Shown here piece by piece: positions 1 to 11,399 of a stretch of DNA of 29,685 nt (positions are counted from its first letter, which is position 1; each line of letters starts with the position of its first letter). Source of the DNA: Octopus sinensis (taxonomy: Eukaryota). The stretch is from assembly GCF_006345805.1 (NCBI RefSeq), contig NW_021836069.1, forward strand, positions 1-29,685, read 5' to 3'. Both the position numbers and the translations under genes were made by a program. Under the pieces are notes generated by a model, which did not search any database, was not told where the DNA came from, and saw only the letters and a list, made by a program, of their open reading frames with translations.

Positions 1-507
1 GGTAATGATGATGGTGGTGGTAGTGATGATGATGATGGTGGTAGTGGTGTTGATGGTAGTGGTGGAGGTGGTGGTGATGGTGGTGGTGGTAGTGATGATG
101 ATGATGTCAGTGGTGGAGGTGGTGGTAATGCTAGTGGTAATGATGATGATGATGGTATTGGTGGTGGTGATGGTGGTGGTAGTGATGATGATGATAGTGG
201 TGGTGGTGGTAGAGATGATGATGATGATGATGATGATGGTAGTGGTGGTGATGGTAATGATGATGATGATGGTAATAGTGGTGGTGATGGTGGTAGTGGT
301 AGGGATGTTGATGATGATGGTAGTGGTGGAGGTGGTGGTGATGGTAATGATGATGATGGTAATAGTGGTGGTGGTGGTGGTGTTGGTGGTAGTGATGATA
401 ATGATGATGATGACAACTACAACGACAATGATGACGACGATGATCATAGTGATGATGGTGAGGGGTGAGGGTGATGACGATGATGATGATAATGATAACG
501 ATTATTA
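1..507. repeat. Compound (GAT/GGT/AGT)n trinucleotide microsatellite
   Basis: Continuous gat/ggt/agt triplets; the ORF at 5-508 is only poly-M/V. Confidence 0.97.
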
Positions 508-700
508 GTGACCTGGCAGAATCCTTAGCATGTTGGACGAAATGCTTAGCATCGTTTCTTCTGGCTCCTTACGTCCTGAGTTCAAATCCCACTCAGGTAG
601 ATTTTGCTGCTCATTCTTTGCAGGTCAGTTAACATAAAGCACCGACCAAATGCTAGGGATCTACAGAAACAACTAAGCCCCTCCCCTCCAATAAACACTG
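508..700 (+). mobile_element. Degenerate tRNA-derived SINE, family A
   Basis: ctggcagaatccttagca...aaatgcttagc...ctgagttcaaatcc (B-box-like at ~580) aligns by eye with copies at 8074, 23752 and 27262. Confidence 0.75.
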
Positions 701-1010
701 GTGGTGAACGTAGTAGTAGAAGTGGTGTTGGTGGTGGTTATGGTGGTACTGCTGGTGGTTGTGGTGGTGGTTGTTGTGGTGGTGGTGGTTGTGGTGGTGG
801 TGGTTGTGGTGGTGGTGGTAGTGGTGGTGGTTGTAGTGGTGGTGGTTGTGGTGGTGGTGGTTGTGGTGGTGGTTGTAGTGGTGGTGGTTGTGGTGGTGGT
901 GGTTGTGGTGGTGGTTGTAGTGCTGGTGGTTGTGGTGGTGGTGGTTGTGGTGGTGGTTGTAGTGCTGGTGGTGGTGGTGATGGTGGTTGTGGTGGTGGTA
1001 GTGGTATAGT
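701..1010. repeat. (GGT)n/(GGTTGT)n microsatellite
   Basis: Direct reading. Confidence 0.97.
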
Positions 1011-1104
1011 CCCAAGCCAGTCCAGATTTCGCAGGCCTTATCTATGTTCAGGGTTATTTAGGACACTGTCATTTGTCAAAGGTGACCATGCACATTTAAT
1101 ATTG

Positions 1105-1580
1105 AGTGAAATTTGGCTGCTATTTCTACCAGGTCTAGCTACCATGCAGAGGTCTCCCTCATTGGCTCATACATACATAAGTCTGTAGGGTGTGATTTGA
1201 GGGAGATTTGGCTGCTATTTCTACCAGGCCTAGCTACCATGTAGGGGTCTCCCTCATTGGCTCATACATACATATATACATACATAAGACTGTAGGGTGT
1301 GATTTGAGGGAGATTTGGCTGCTATTTGTAGCAGGTCTAGCTACCTTGTAGAGATCTCCCTCATCTGCTCATACATATATACATACATAAGACAGTCAGG
1401 TGTGATTTGAGGGAGATTTGGCTGCTATTTGTGGCAGGTCTAGCTACCATGTAGAGGTCTCCCTCATTGGCTCATACATACATATATACATAGATTAGAC
1501 AGTATGGTGTGATTTGAGGGAGATTTGGCTGCTATCTCTACAAGGTCTAGCTACCAAGAAAAGGTATCCCACATTGGCAT
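1105..1580. repeat. Tandem minisatellite, ~4.5 units of 95-107 bp, each with a 9-10 bp internal inverted repeat
   Basis: Anchor atttggctgcta at 1111, 1206, 1313, 1416, 1523. Complete units have TGAGGGAGA...TCTCCCTCA (e.g. 1198-1206/1248-1256). Length variation lies in the (TACA)n part. Confidence 0.93.
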
Positions 1581-1582
1581 GT

Positions 1583-1910
1583 AGTGTTAGTAGTAGTAAT
1601 GTTAGTAGTAGTTGTAGTAGTAGTAGTAGTAGTAGTAGTAAGTGTATGTGGAATTGGTTATTCATAACTTTAGGCCATGATTCCAAGTTTGGTGAATAAT
1701 ACATCCTCCAGGAATGAGTGTGGTGGTCCTTTGTGTGTGTGTGTGTGTGTTCGTGTGTGTGTGTGTATATATGTGTGTGTGTGTGTGTGTCTGTGAGTGT
1801 GTTTGTGTATGTGTGTGTATGTGTTTGTGTCTCTGCGTTTGTGTGTGTGTACATGTGTGAATACATATATATATATGTGTGTGTGTGTGTATTTGTGTAT
1901 GTTTATATAT
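1583..1910. repeat. (TAG)n (1583-1641) and (TG)n (1730-1910) microsatellites
   Basis: Direct reading. Confidence 0.9.
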
Positions 1911-1924
1911 TTTCTCTTTTTCTC

Positions 1925-2324
1925 TTTTCTCTTTTACTTGTTTCAGTTATTTTGACTGCGGCCATGCTGGAGCACCGCCTTTAGTTGAACAAATTGACCC
2001 CGGGACTTTGTAAGCCTAGTACTTATTCTATCGGTCTCTTTTTGCCGAACCGCTAAGTGACGGGGACGTAAACACACCAGCATCGGTTGTCAAGCAATGC
2101 TAGGGGGACAAACACAGACACACAAACACACACATACATATATATACAATATATACATATATATGACAGGCTTCTTTCAGTTTCCGTCTACCAAATCCAC
2201 TCACAAGGAATTGGTCAGCCCGGGGCTATAGCAGAAGACACTTGCCCAAGATGCCACGCAGTGGGACTGAACCCGGAACCATGTGGTTGGTTAGCAAGCT
2301 ACTTACCACACAGCCACTCCTGCG

Positions 2325-2327
<3 letters not shown>
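1925..2327 (-). mobile_element. Full-length SINE family B (tRNA-like head, CORE-like motif, central TA/TG microsatellite, (GTAAAAGA)n tail)
   Basis: Reverse complement begins aggcgcaggagtggctgtgtggtaag...gggttcagtccc (A/B-box-like) and includes accttgggcaagtgtctt-type motif; near-identical copies at 10787 and 18344. Confidence 0.92.
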
Positions 2328-2360
<33 letters not shown>

Positions 2361-2850
2361 CATATATCTATATAAGTGTGCATGTGTATATATATATATA
2401 AATATGTGTATGTGTATGCACGCTTGAGAGTATGTGTATTTGTATACATGCATGTATGTGCATATATGCATTTGTATGTATATGTGTGTGAATATATATA
2501 TATATATATTATTATAAGCAATAATATCATATATATTTACATACACACACACATATATGTTTGTATATATATTATTATAAACAATAGTATTTTCATATAT
2601 TTATACACACACATATATTTTAGTACATATATATATATATTATTATTATTATTATTATTTTATTATTATATTATTATAAACAATAATATCCTCATATATA
2701 TTTGTATATATATACATATATTTATAAATGCATGCATGTATGTATATATATAATATATATATATATATACACACACATGTTTGTTAGTCTGTATATGTAA
2801 ACACACATTTGTATATCTATGTATGTATGCGTATCTATATATATATGTGA

Positions 2851-2909
<59 letters not shown>

Positions 2910-3457
2910 TATATGTATATGTATATATATATATGTGTATATATGTATATGTATATTATATATGTTATATATTATATGTATATATATATGTGTATATATG
3001 TATATGTATATATATATAGTGTATATATGTATATGTATATATATATATGTTATATATATATATGTTATGTATATATCTGTATATGTATATATAATATATA
3101 TATATGTATATGTATATATATATGTATTGTATATATATCTTATATATGTTATTATATATATTATGTATATGTATATATCATATATATATCTATGTATAGT
3201 ATCTATATTATGTGTGTATGTATATTGTATATGTATATATATATATGTATATTATATATATATATATATGTGTATGTATATATATATATGTATGTGTATG
3301 TATATATGTATATGTATATATATATATATGTATATGTTATATATATATATTATGTATATGTTATATATATGTATCTGTATGTATTGTATATATGTATGTA
3401 TATGTATATATATATAATATATAGGTATATGTATATATATATATATATATATTTATG

Positions 3458-3496
<39 letters not shown>

Positions 3497-3689
3497 TATG
3501 TATATATATATATATATATATAAGTTGCATCAGTCACATGATGGTAGTGTTGAAGTAGTGTAACCGTTTTCTTTGAATGAATGATGAATTGTGATGATGA
3601 CGATGAATAATTCTTGGGAAACAAAGAACCAGAATTAGATGCAACTTAAGTGCCTAAGCATCATTTTGGCGCCAAAGATATGCAGATTA

Positions 3690-3734
<45 letters not shown>

Positions 3735-3887
3735 GTATGTTTTTATAGTTACATACATATATGGTATAACATTTATGCATATGTGTGTATATATATATAT
3801 ATATACATATCAACACACACATACATACATACTTGTGCAGAAACACACATGTACATGTGTGTTTGTGTGTAGTGTATGTGTGCGTAA

Positions 3888-3958
<71 letters not shown>

Positions 3959-4065
3959 GTATGTATGTACATATAGATATATATATATATATAGAATATG
4001 ATGGATACATATGTATATTTATAAATCTATCTATCTATCATTCTATCTATGTATATACATACATA

Positions 4066-4100
<35 letters not shown>

Positions 4101-4205
4101 CGTACACATTAATATTTATATATAGATATAGATGTTTATGTGCATACATATATATATATATATACACACACATACATACACATGTATACATACATACATA
4201 CATAC

Positions 4206-4236
<31 letters not shown>

Positions 4237-4320
4237 TTAATATTTATATGTAGATATAGATGTTTACGTGCATACATATATATATATATACTCACACATA
4301 CATACATACACATGTATACA

Positions 4321-4356
<36 letters not shown>

Positions 4357-4362
4357 TATTAT

Positions 4363-4396
<34 letters not shown>

Positions 4397-4592
4397 TACA
4401 CATGTATACATACATATATATATATATTATATATATATATATATAATATACACACACACACACACATACACATGTATACATACATGTATATATATATATA
4501 TATATATTATACAGATTCACTCACACAAATATATATTGTGTATATATATATATACATACACACACACATATGTATATATATGTATATATAAA
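2328..4592. repeat. Long compound (TA)n/(TATG)n/(CA)n microsatellite with a unique island at ~3522-3690
   Basis: Direct reading; source of the YIYI-type ORFs. Confidence 0.96.
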
Positions 4593-4929
4593 ATGAATGT
4601 ACCCAGTGTGTTTGAGGTGTGGCTCTTGGTGGAAGTATACTAAAATGATGTCAACAATTTAGTCAGACCTTACACAAGACATGACTCACTGCAATGATCC
4701 CTCCACCCACCACCCACATCGCCACCCAGGAAATTGTGGGGTACATAAGGGTGGATAAAAAATAGGGACCATGATGGCGGTAGTGGTGGTGGTGGTGGCG
4801 ATTCCGTCGGCCCTGGTCCTTCGTTGTGGGGTAGAGGATGTGGATTACGGGGTAATGTTGGCGATGGTGATGACAACAGGGTACATAGTTTGGGGTGGAT
4901 GCTGTGCACGATGATGGCAACGACGGTAG

Positions 4930-5700
4930 TGATGATGACATACAATGACGACGATGATGATGATGACAATGGTGGTGGTGATGATGATGATGATGACAAT
5001 GGTGGTGGTGGTGATGATGATGATTATGACAATGGTGATGATGATGATGATGATGACAATGGTGGTGGTGATGATGATGATGATGATGATGACAATGGTG
5101 GTGATGATGATGATGACAATTGTGGTGGTGATGATGATGATGACAATGGTGGTGGTTTGTGATGATGATGATTATGACAATGGTGATGATGATGATGATG
5201 ATGACAATGGTGGTGGTGATGATGATGATGATGATGATGACAATGGTGGTGATGATGATGATGATGATGATGATGACAATGGTGGTGATGATGATGATGA
5301 CAATTGTGGTGGTCATGATGATGACAATGGTGGTGGTGATGATGATGATGCTTGTGATGATGATTGTGATGATGATGATGATGATGATTGTGATGATGAT
5401 GATGACAATCGTGGTGGTGATGATGATAATGATGATGATGATGAAAATGGTGGTGTTGATGATGATGATAGTGACAATGATGATGATGATGGTGTTATTA
5501 GTAGTAATAGTGGTGTTAAAGGCGATGATGATGGTGATGTTGATAGCTATGTTTATGGTGGTAGTGGTAGTGGTGGCAGTACTGGGGGGGTACTGGTAGT
5601 GATGGTGGTAGTGGTGGTGGTGGTGGTAGTTGAAGTTATTGTAGTAGTAGTTGTGGTGTTGTAGTAGTAGTTGTGGTGTTGTAGTAGTAGTGGTGGTGGT
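4930..5700. repeat. (GAT)n/(GGT)n/(GTA)n compound microsatellite with recurring gacaatggtggt units
   Basis: Direct reading. Confidence 0.95.
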
Positions 5701-5825
5701 GTGCCCTGTATGCTATGTGTCTGACTCTCAGGTATATGACTTTCCATCCATGACCATCCTGTCTCTTACTACATTCCATAATATGTCGGTCCAAAATGAC
5801 ATTTACTCCGTGAAGCCAACAAATT

Positions 5826-5888
5826 GTGTAATTTGAGGGAGATTTGGCTGCTGTTTCTAGCTGCTCTTGTGACTTTATAGAGACACTC
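5826..5888. repeat. Solitary partial copy of the 1105-1580 repeat unit
   Basis: gtgtaatttgagggagatttggctgctgtttctagc matches gtgtgatttgagggagatttggctgctatttctacc. Confidence 0.85.
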
Positions 5889-5894
5889 TTTATT

Positions 5895-6171
5895 GAGTGT
5901 GTGCATGTATGTGTATATGTATGTGTACGAGTGTGTGTATGTGTATATGTGCGTATGTGTATGAGTGAGTGTACATGTATATGTGTATATGTGTGTGAGT
6001 GTGTGTATGTCTATATGTGTGTTTGTGTACGAGTTTGTATGTTTATATGTGTGTGTATAAGTGTACATATATGTGTCAGTGTGTGTGTGTTTGTGTAGGT
6101 GTATATCTGTTTGTGTGTGCGAGTATTTGCGTATATCTGGGTATATGCATTTATGTATGTATATGTGTGTC

Positions 6172-6202
<31 letters not shown>

Positions 6203-6460
6203 ACATGTGTATGCATATGTGTGTGTGTGTATACATGCGTCTGTATATGTGTGTGTGTGTATACATGCCTATGTATATGTGTGTGTGTGTGTGTATACAT
6301 GTGTATGTATATGTGTGTATGTTTATGTGTGTGTATAAGTGTACATATATATGTGTCAGTGTGTGTGTGTGTTTGTGTAGGTGTATATCTGTCTGTGTAT
6401 GTATATGTGTGTGTGGGGGCATGTTTATGTATATGTGAGTGTGTGCGACTGTGTGTGTGA
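5895..6460. repeat. (TG)n/(TATG)n microsatellite
   Basis: Direct reading. Confidence 0.95.
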
Positions 6461-6592
6461 TTAGACACATTTGCAATTAACACTGATTTAATTAAAGTCT
6501 CTAATCTGACCGTTAATTAAACGGAACAAAAAGGAAGGAAAGAAAGAAAGAAAGAATGTGGAATGTATTGAATCAACAGTCAGGGTAGCTTC

Positions 6593-6625
<33 letters not shown>

Positions 6626-6763
6626 CGGATAGTGAGGTCAATGACAGCAAAGTTAGTCTGTCTGTGTGTCTGTTACGTGTTTCAAAGAAAGAACACAGAA
6701 GACCAAAGAGGGAAAAGTCCAGATAGAATCACACAACAGCAACAACAACAACAACAATGGCAA

Positions 6764-7148
6764 GTGGAGGCGCAATGGCCTGGTGGTTAGGGCAGCGGAC
6801 TCGCGGTCGGAGGATCGCGGTTTCGATTCCCAGACCGGGCGTTGGGTGTGTTTATTGAGCGAAAACACCTAAAAGCTCTTCGAGGCTCCGGCACGGGGTG
6901 GTGGCGACCCCTGTTGTACTCTTTCGCCCCAACTTTCTCTCTCACTCTTTCTTCCTGTTTCTTGTCCCCTGACTTCCTACGCAACCGCTGAGCCTGGATG
7001 CGCATTCATCCATCCATCGATGCTCTCGGTGTCGGGGGTGGGGGAGTTGACCTGCTTTCTCTTCTGCGGGTCTTACGAATAGCAAAGGACCATGATTCGG
7101 ACTTCTCCCAAGAGGACAAAGACTGCTTTGCTCAACAAACAAACAAAC
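6764..7148 (+). mobile_element. tRNA(Arg)-like SINE family C, tail type 1
   Basis: Head gtggaggcgcaatggcctggtggttagggcagcggactcgcggtc...gtttcgattccc (A/B boxes, TCG anticodon-like loop). First ~200 bp are shared with 22548. Ends in (AAAC)n inside a CAA tract. Confidence 0.88.
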
Positions 7149-7863
7149 AGCAGCAACAACAACAACTACAACAACAATAGCAACAACAACAACAACAATA
7201 GCAACAACAACAACAACAACAACAATAGCAACAACAACAACAACAATAGCAACAACAACAACAACAATAGCAACAACAACAACAACAACAACATAGCAAC
7301 AACAACAACAACAATAGCAACAACAACAATAACAACAACAACAACAATAGCAACAACAACAACAACAATAGCAACAACAACAACAACAACAACAATAGCA
7401 ACAACAACAATAGCAACAGCAGCAGCAACAACAACAATAGCAGCAGCAACAACAACAATAGCAGCAGCAACAACAACAACAATAGCAACAACAACAACAA
7501 TAGCAACAACAACAGCAACAACAATAGCAGCAGCAGCAGCAGCAACAATAGCAGCAACAACAACAACAATAGCAACAACAAGAACAATAGCAACAACAAC
7601 AACAATAGCAACAGCAACAACAACAATAGCAGCAACAACAACAACAACAACAATAGCAACAACAACAATAACAGCAGTAGCAACAGCAGCAGCAACAACA
7701 ATAGCAACAACAACAGCAATAGCAGCAGCAGCAGCAGCAACAACAACAACAATAGCAACAACAACAACAATAGCAACAACAACAGCAGCAATAGCAACAA
7801 CAACAACAACAGCAACAGCAGCAGCAGCAACAACAACAACAATAGCAACAACAACAACAGCAG

Positions 7864-7897
<34 letters not shown>

Positions 7898-7965
7898 AAC
7901 AACAATAACAACAACAATAGCTACAACAACAACAACAATAGCAACAGCATTAACAACAACAACAG
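7149..7965. repeat. (CAA/CAG/TAG)n microsatellite, ~820 bp
   Basis: Direct reading; source of the poly-L/T/N ORFs. Confidence 0.97.
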
Positions 7966-8004
7966 TTGCTTCTAGTTTAGACATGAGGTTATCAATTTCG
8001 AGAG

Positions 8005-8070
8005 GAGGTGGGGGCTTACAGCATACCATCAACCCCAGTTTATGACTGGTATTTAATTCTATTGACCATC
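8005..8070 (-). mobile_element. SINE A fragment
   Basis: catcaaccccagtttatgactggtatttaattctattgacc is the reverse complement of the A central block. Confidence 0.55.
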
Positions 8071-8073
8071 AAT

Positions 8074-8298
8074 AGCAGAATCAGTAGCACGCTAGGAAAA
8101 ATGCTTGGCTGTGTTGCAACATTCCATCTGTCTTTACGTTCTGAGTTCAAATTCCACCAAGGTTGACTTTGTTTATCATTCTTTCGGGGTCGATAAATTA
8201 AGTGCCAGTAGAACACTGGGGTTGATATAATCGTCTAAGCCCCTTGCCTGAATTTCCTGGCCTTGTGCCAAAATTTGAAACCATTGTTATTATTATTA
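8074..8298 (+). mobile_element. SINE family A, near full length, (ATT)n tail
   Basis: gcagaatcagtagcacgc...gttctgagttcaaattcc...cattctttcggggtcgataaattaagtgccagt...ccttgtgccaaaatttgaaacc. The central block resembles, from memory, the conserved domain of MetaSINE-type elements (unverified). Confidence 0.88.
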
Positions 8299-8344
8299 AT
8301 GAAGACATCGCACTGTATCCAGCATTGTGATGTTGTTGATTAAA

Positions 8345-8455
8345 AATATTGTGTCAACATGGTGATCTCATATCAAGATAAACAGCACATGACCTTGCAG
8401 GTGGGGCCTAGTTAGAATTTTCTTCTGGTCGAGCATTAGAGCTACTGCCTGGTTG

Positions 8456-8460
<5 letters not shown>
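8345..8460 (-). mobile_element. Internally deleted copy of element E
   Basis: 8345-8432 matches 8630-8709, then jumps to cattaga..actgcctggttgttgtt, which matches 10171-10200. Orientation inferred from the (TAA)n tail side. Confidence 0.8.
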
Positions 8461-8504
<44 letters not shown>

Positions 8505-8505
<1 letters not shown>

Positions 8506-10200
8506 GAGTGAGAGAGCAGTTCATGCCATCAAAGTGACACTGGGGTAAAATATACGAAGCCCAATATACCCATCATGACTACCCGTCTGATAAGGGTACA
8601 CCAGGCACATGCATCACAACCATATGTGCGCGACATGGTGATCTGATATCAAGATAAACAGCGCATGACCTTGCAGGTGGGGCCCAGTTAGAATTTTCTT
8701 CTGGTCGAGTAACCCATCCTGCTCAAAAGGTCCCTCAATAAGGATTGCTTAAGGATGTTGAATGAAGCACCCATGTTTCTAAAGATGAATTATCCAAACC
8801 TCTAAGAATTCCTTTCAACACACAGCTATGATGCTCCCTCACTACTTCTGCTCGTGATCAGAGATGCACATACCGTCAGGCACTGAGGGACATGCTCAAC
8901 TGGTTAAGGTCAAACAACTGACAGGCAAATCTGTGGTATTGAGTAGAATATTTGCTGTAGCCCATCTTTTATACCAAGACAAAACAATGTACATGATAAC
9001 ACTTCTAATCAGTTAAGACCAGAAGCCATGAGAGCCACTGCCTGGTACTGCATCAGGGCATTAGCAAATCTGTGGTATTGAGCAGAATATTTGCTGTAGC
9101 CCATCTTTTATACCAAGACAAAACAATGTACATGATAACACTTCTAATCAGTTAAGACCAGAAGCCATGAGAGCCACTGTCTGGTACTGCATCAGGGCAT
9201 TAGCAAATCTGTGGTATTGAGCAGAATATTTGCTGTAGCCCATCTTTTATACCAAGACAAAACAATGTACATGATAACACTTCTAATCAGTTAAGACCAG
9301 AAGCCATGAGAGCCACTGTCTGGTACTGCATCAGGGCATTAGCAAATCTGTGGTATTGAGCAGAATATTTGCTGTAGCCCATCTTTTATACCAAGACAAA
9401 ACAATGTACATGATAACACTTCTAATCAGTTAAGACCAGAAGCCATGAGAGCCACTGTCTGGTACTGCATCAGGGCATTAGCAAATCTGTGGTATTGAGC
9501 AGAATATTTGCTGTAGCCCATCTTTTATACCAAGACAAAACAATGTACATGATAACACTTCTAATCAGTTAAGACCAGAAGCCATGAGAGCCACTGCCTG
9601 GTACTGCATCAGGGCATTAGCAAATCTGTGGTATTGAGCAGAATATTTGCTGTAGCCCATCTTTTATACCAAGACAAAACAATGTACATGATAACACTTC
9701 CTATCAGTTAAGATCAGAACCCATGAGAACCACTGTTTGGTACTGCATCAGGGCATTAGCAAATCTGTGGTATTGAGCAGAATATTTTCTGTAGCCCATC
9801 TTTTATACCAAGACAAAACAATGTACATGATAACACTTCCAATCAGTTAAGATCAGAAGCCATGAGAGCCACTGCCTGGTACTGCATCAGGGCTTTAGCA
9901 AATCTGTGGTATTGAGCAGAATATTTGCTGTAGCCCATCTTTTATACCAAGACAAAACAATGTACATGATAACACTTCTTATCAGTTAAGATCAGAACCC
10001 ATGAGAACCACTGTTTGGTACTGCATCAGGGCATTAGCAAATCTGTGGTATTGAGCAGAATATTTGCTGTAGCCCATCTTTTATACCAAGACAAAACAAT
10101 GTACATGATAACACTTCCTATCAGTTAAGATCAGAACCCATGAGAACCACTGTTTGGTACTGCATCAAGGCATTAGATCCACTGCCTGGTTGTTGTTGTT
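8505..10200 (-). mobile_element. Non-coding interspersed element E flanked by (ATT)n, with its end expanded into a tandem array
   Basis: (ATT)n at 8460-8505 and 10200-10220; homologous to the partial copy at 8345; no open frame in the unit. Confidence 0.75.
8925..10175. repeat. Tandem array of nine 139 bp units
   Basis: gcaaatctgtggtattgag at 8925, 9064, 9203, 9342, 9481, 9620, 9759, 9898, 10037 (period exactly 139). Confidence 0.98.
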
Positions 10201-10336
10201 ATTATTATTATTATTATTATTCAGTAGTTTTATTTTTATAGCGTGCTTTCACTTCACTACCGAGCGCAGCTCTGTGTGCCTTGGGTATGTGCTGTGATTT
10301 GTTGTGATGCTCTGATGGAAAGTGTTCTGCGTAGGA
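10200..10336 (-). mobile_element. 3' terminus of an RLE-type (R4/Dong-like) non-LTR retrotransposon with (TAA)n tail
   Basis: Reverse complement cta cgc aga aca ctt tcc atc = LRRTLSI, matching the C-terminus LRKTLSI of the fragment ending at 18050; followed by a short UTR and (TAA)n. Confidence 0.7.
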
Positions 10337-10340
10337 ACAC

Positions 10341-10393
<53 letters not shown>

Positions 10394-10430
10394 TTTTTAT
10401 TATTATTATAATATTAGTTAAAATTTACAG

Positions 10431-10600
10431 ATGAAGATAGGTGTATAAACGACGAGCAGGTGTATTAGTTTGATGTTCGGGAAGGTAAGAAAGTCTTTTA
10501 TGTTTTGAGCCTACGCTCTTCAGCAGAAAGAAACATGAGGAAATAAACTGATAGAGGATACAAAAACTTGTGAATTTAGTGGCCAATGGATATATTATAT
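10431..10600 (-). mobile_element. Decayed copy of family F (Penelope-like terminal repeat)
   Basis: gcaggtgtattagt...aagtcttttatgttttgagcctacgctcttcagcagaaag aligns with 25520-25623. Confidence 0.7.
10493..10531 (-). ncRNA. Decayed minimal hammerhead-like motif (family F)
   Basis: Minus strand TCTTT-CTGCTGAA-GAGC gtag GCTC-AAAAC-ATA-AAAGA. Stems I and II are intact; G12 and G16.2 are lost by CpG-type transitions relative to the 25587 copy. Confidence 0.5.
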
Positions 10601-10650
10601 CCATTATAATGGATTAGGGAGATGGAAATTGTGAGGAAGCCTGTTGCATA

Positions 10651-10780
10651 CATCATCATCATCATCATCATCATCATTATGATTTAGTGTCCCTTTTTCC
10701 ATGCTGGCATGTGTCGGAGAATCTGACAAGATCAGACGGGCCAGAGGGTTTCATCCTGTTCTATGTCTGTTGTGGCATGG
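10651..10780 (-). mobile_element. Degenerate 3' fragment of family G
   Basis: (CAT)n then tttagtgtccctttttccatgctggcatg, matching the G tail at 28074. Confidence 0.65.
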
Positions 10781-10786
10781 CCTAAT

Positions 10787-10985
10787 TTTACTTTTACTTG
10801 TTTCAGTCATTTGACTGCGGCCATGCTGGAGCACCGCCTTTAATCGAGCAACTCAACCCCGGAACTTATTCTATTGTAAGCCAGTACTTATTCTATCGGT
10901 CTCTTTTGCCGAACCGCTAAGTGACGGGGACAAACACACCAGCATCGGTTGTCAAGCAATGCTAGGGGGACAAACATACACACAA

Positions 10986-11048
<63 letters not shown>

Positions 11049-11220
11049 CATATATACGACAGGCTTCTTTCAGTTTCCGTTTACCAAATCCACTCACAAG
11101 GCTTTGGTCGGCCCGGGGCTATAGCAGAAGACACTTGCCCAAGATGCCACGCAGTGGGACTGAACCCAGAACCGTGTGGTTGGTAGACAGGCTACTTACC
11201 ACACAGCCACTCCTGCGCCT
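10787..11220 (-). mobile_element. Full-length SINE family B
   Basis: Colinear with 1925-2327; central (TA)n is longer. Confidence 0.93.
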
Positions 11221-11399
11221 ATGTGTGCACTGTACATACAGGCATTCATACATATTCACACACACATGCATACCTTATGCATTGCTGCAGTTGTCACCTA
11301 TATATTATGTGCATGCGTGTCTGTGCATCATCAATGCACTTTAACTGATGACAATGTGCAGACACTGCACACGATTTGTTGCAGCAGTCACAGAAGCAT

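Noticed and set aside
3522-3690. Unique island with a minus-strand acceptor (ttctttgtttcccaag|)
   Set aside because: No convincing donor; the translations are low-complexity or stop quickly.
6764-6840. SINE heads (C, also A, B, D, H) as functional tRNA genes
   Set aside because: Imperfect cloverleaf stems, no oligo-T terminator, and each continues into a repeat body.
8925-10175. 139 bp array (and the 125 bp and 107 bp arrays) as CRISPR
   Set aside because: No unique spacers, units are far too long, eukaryotic context, no cas genes.
10160-10175. CTGATGC in the E array and CTGAAGC in the CR1 array as hammerheads
   Set aside because: Core is not CUGANGA and there is no stem II followed by GAAA.
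10431-10484. Apparent 54 nt exon (tttacag| ... AAG|GTAAGA)
   Set aside because: Stops in all three frames and it lies inside repeat family F.
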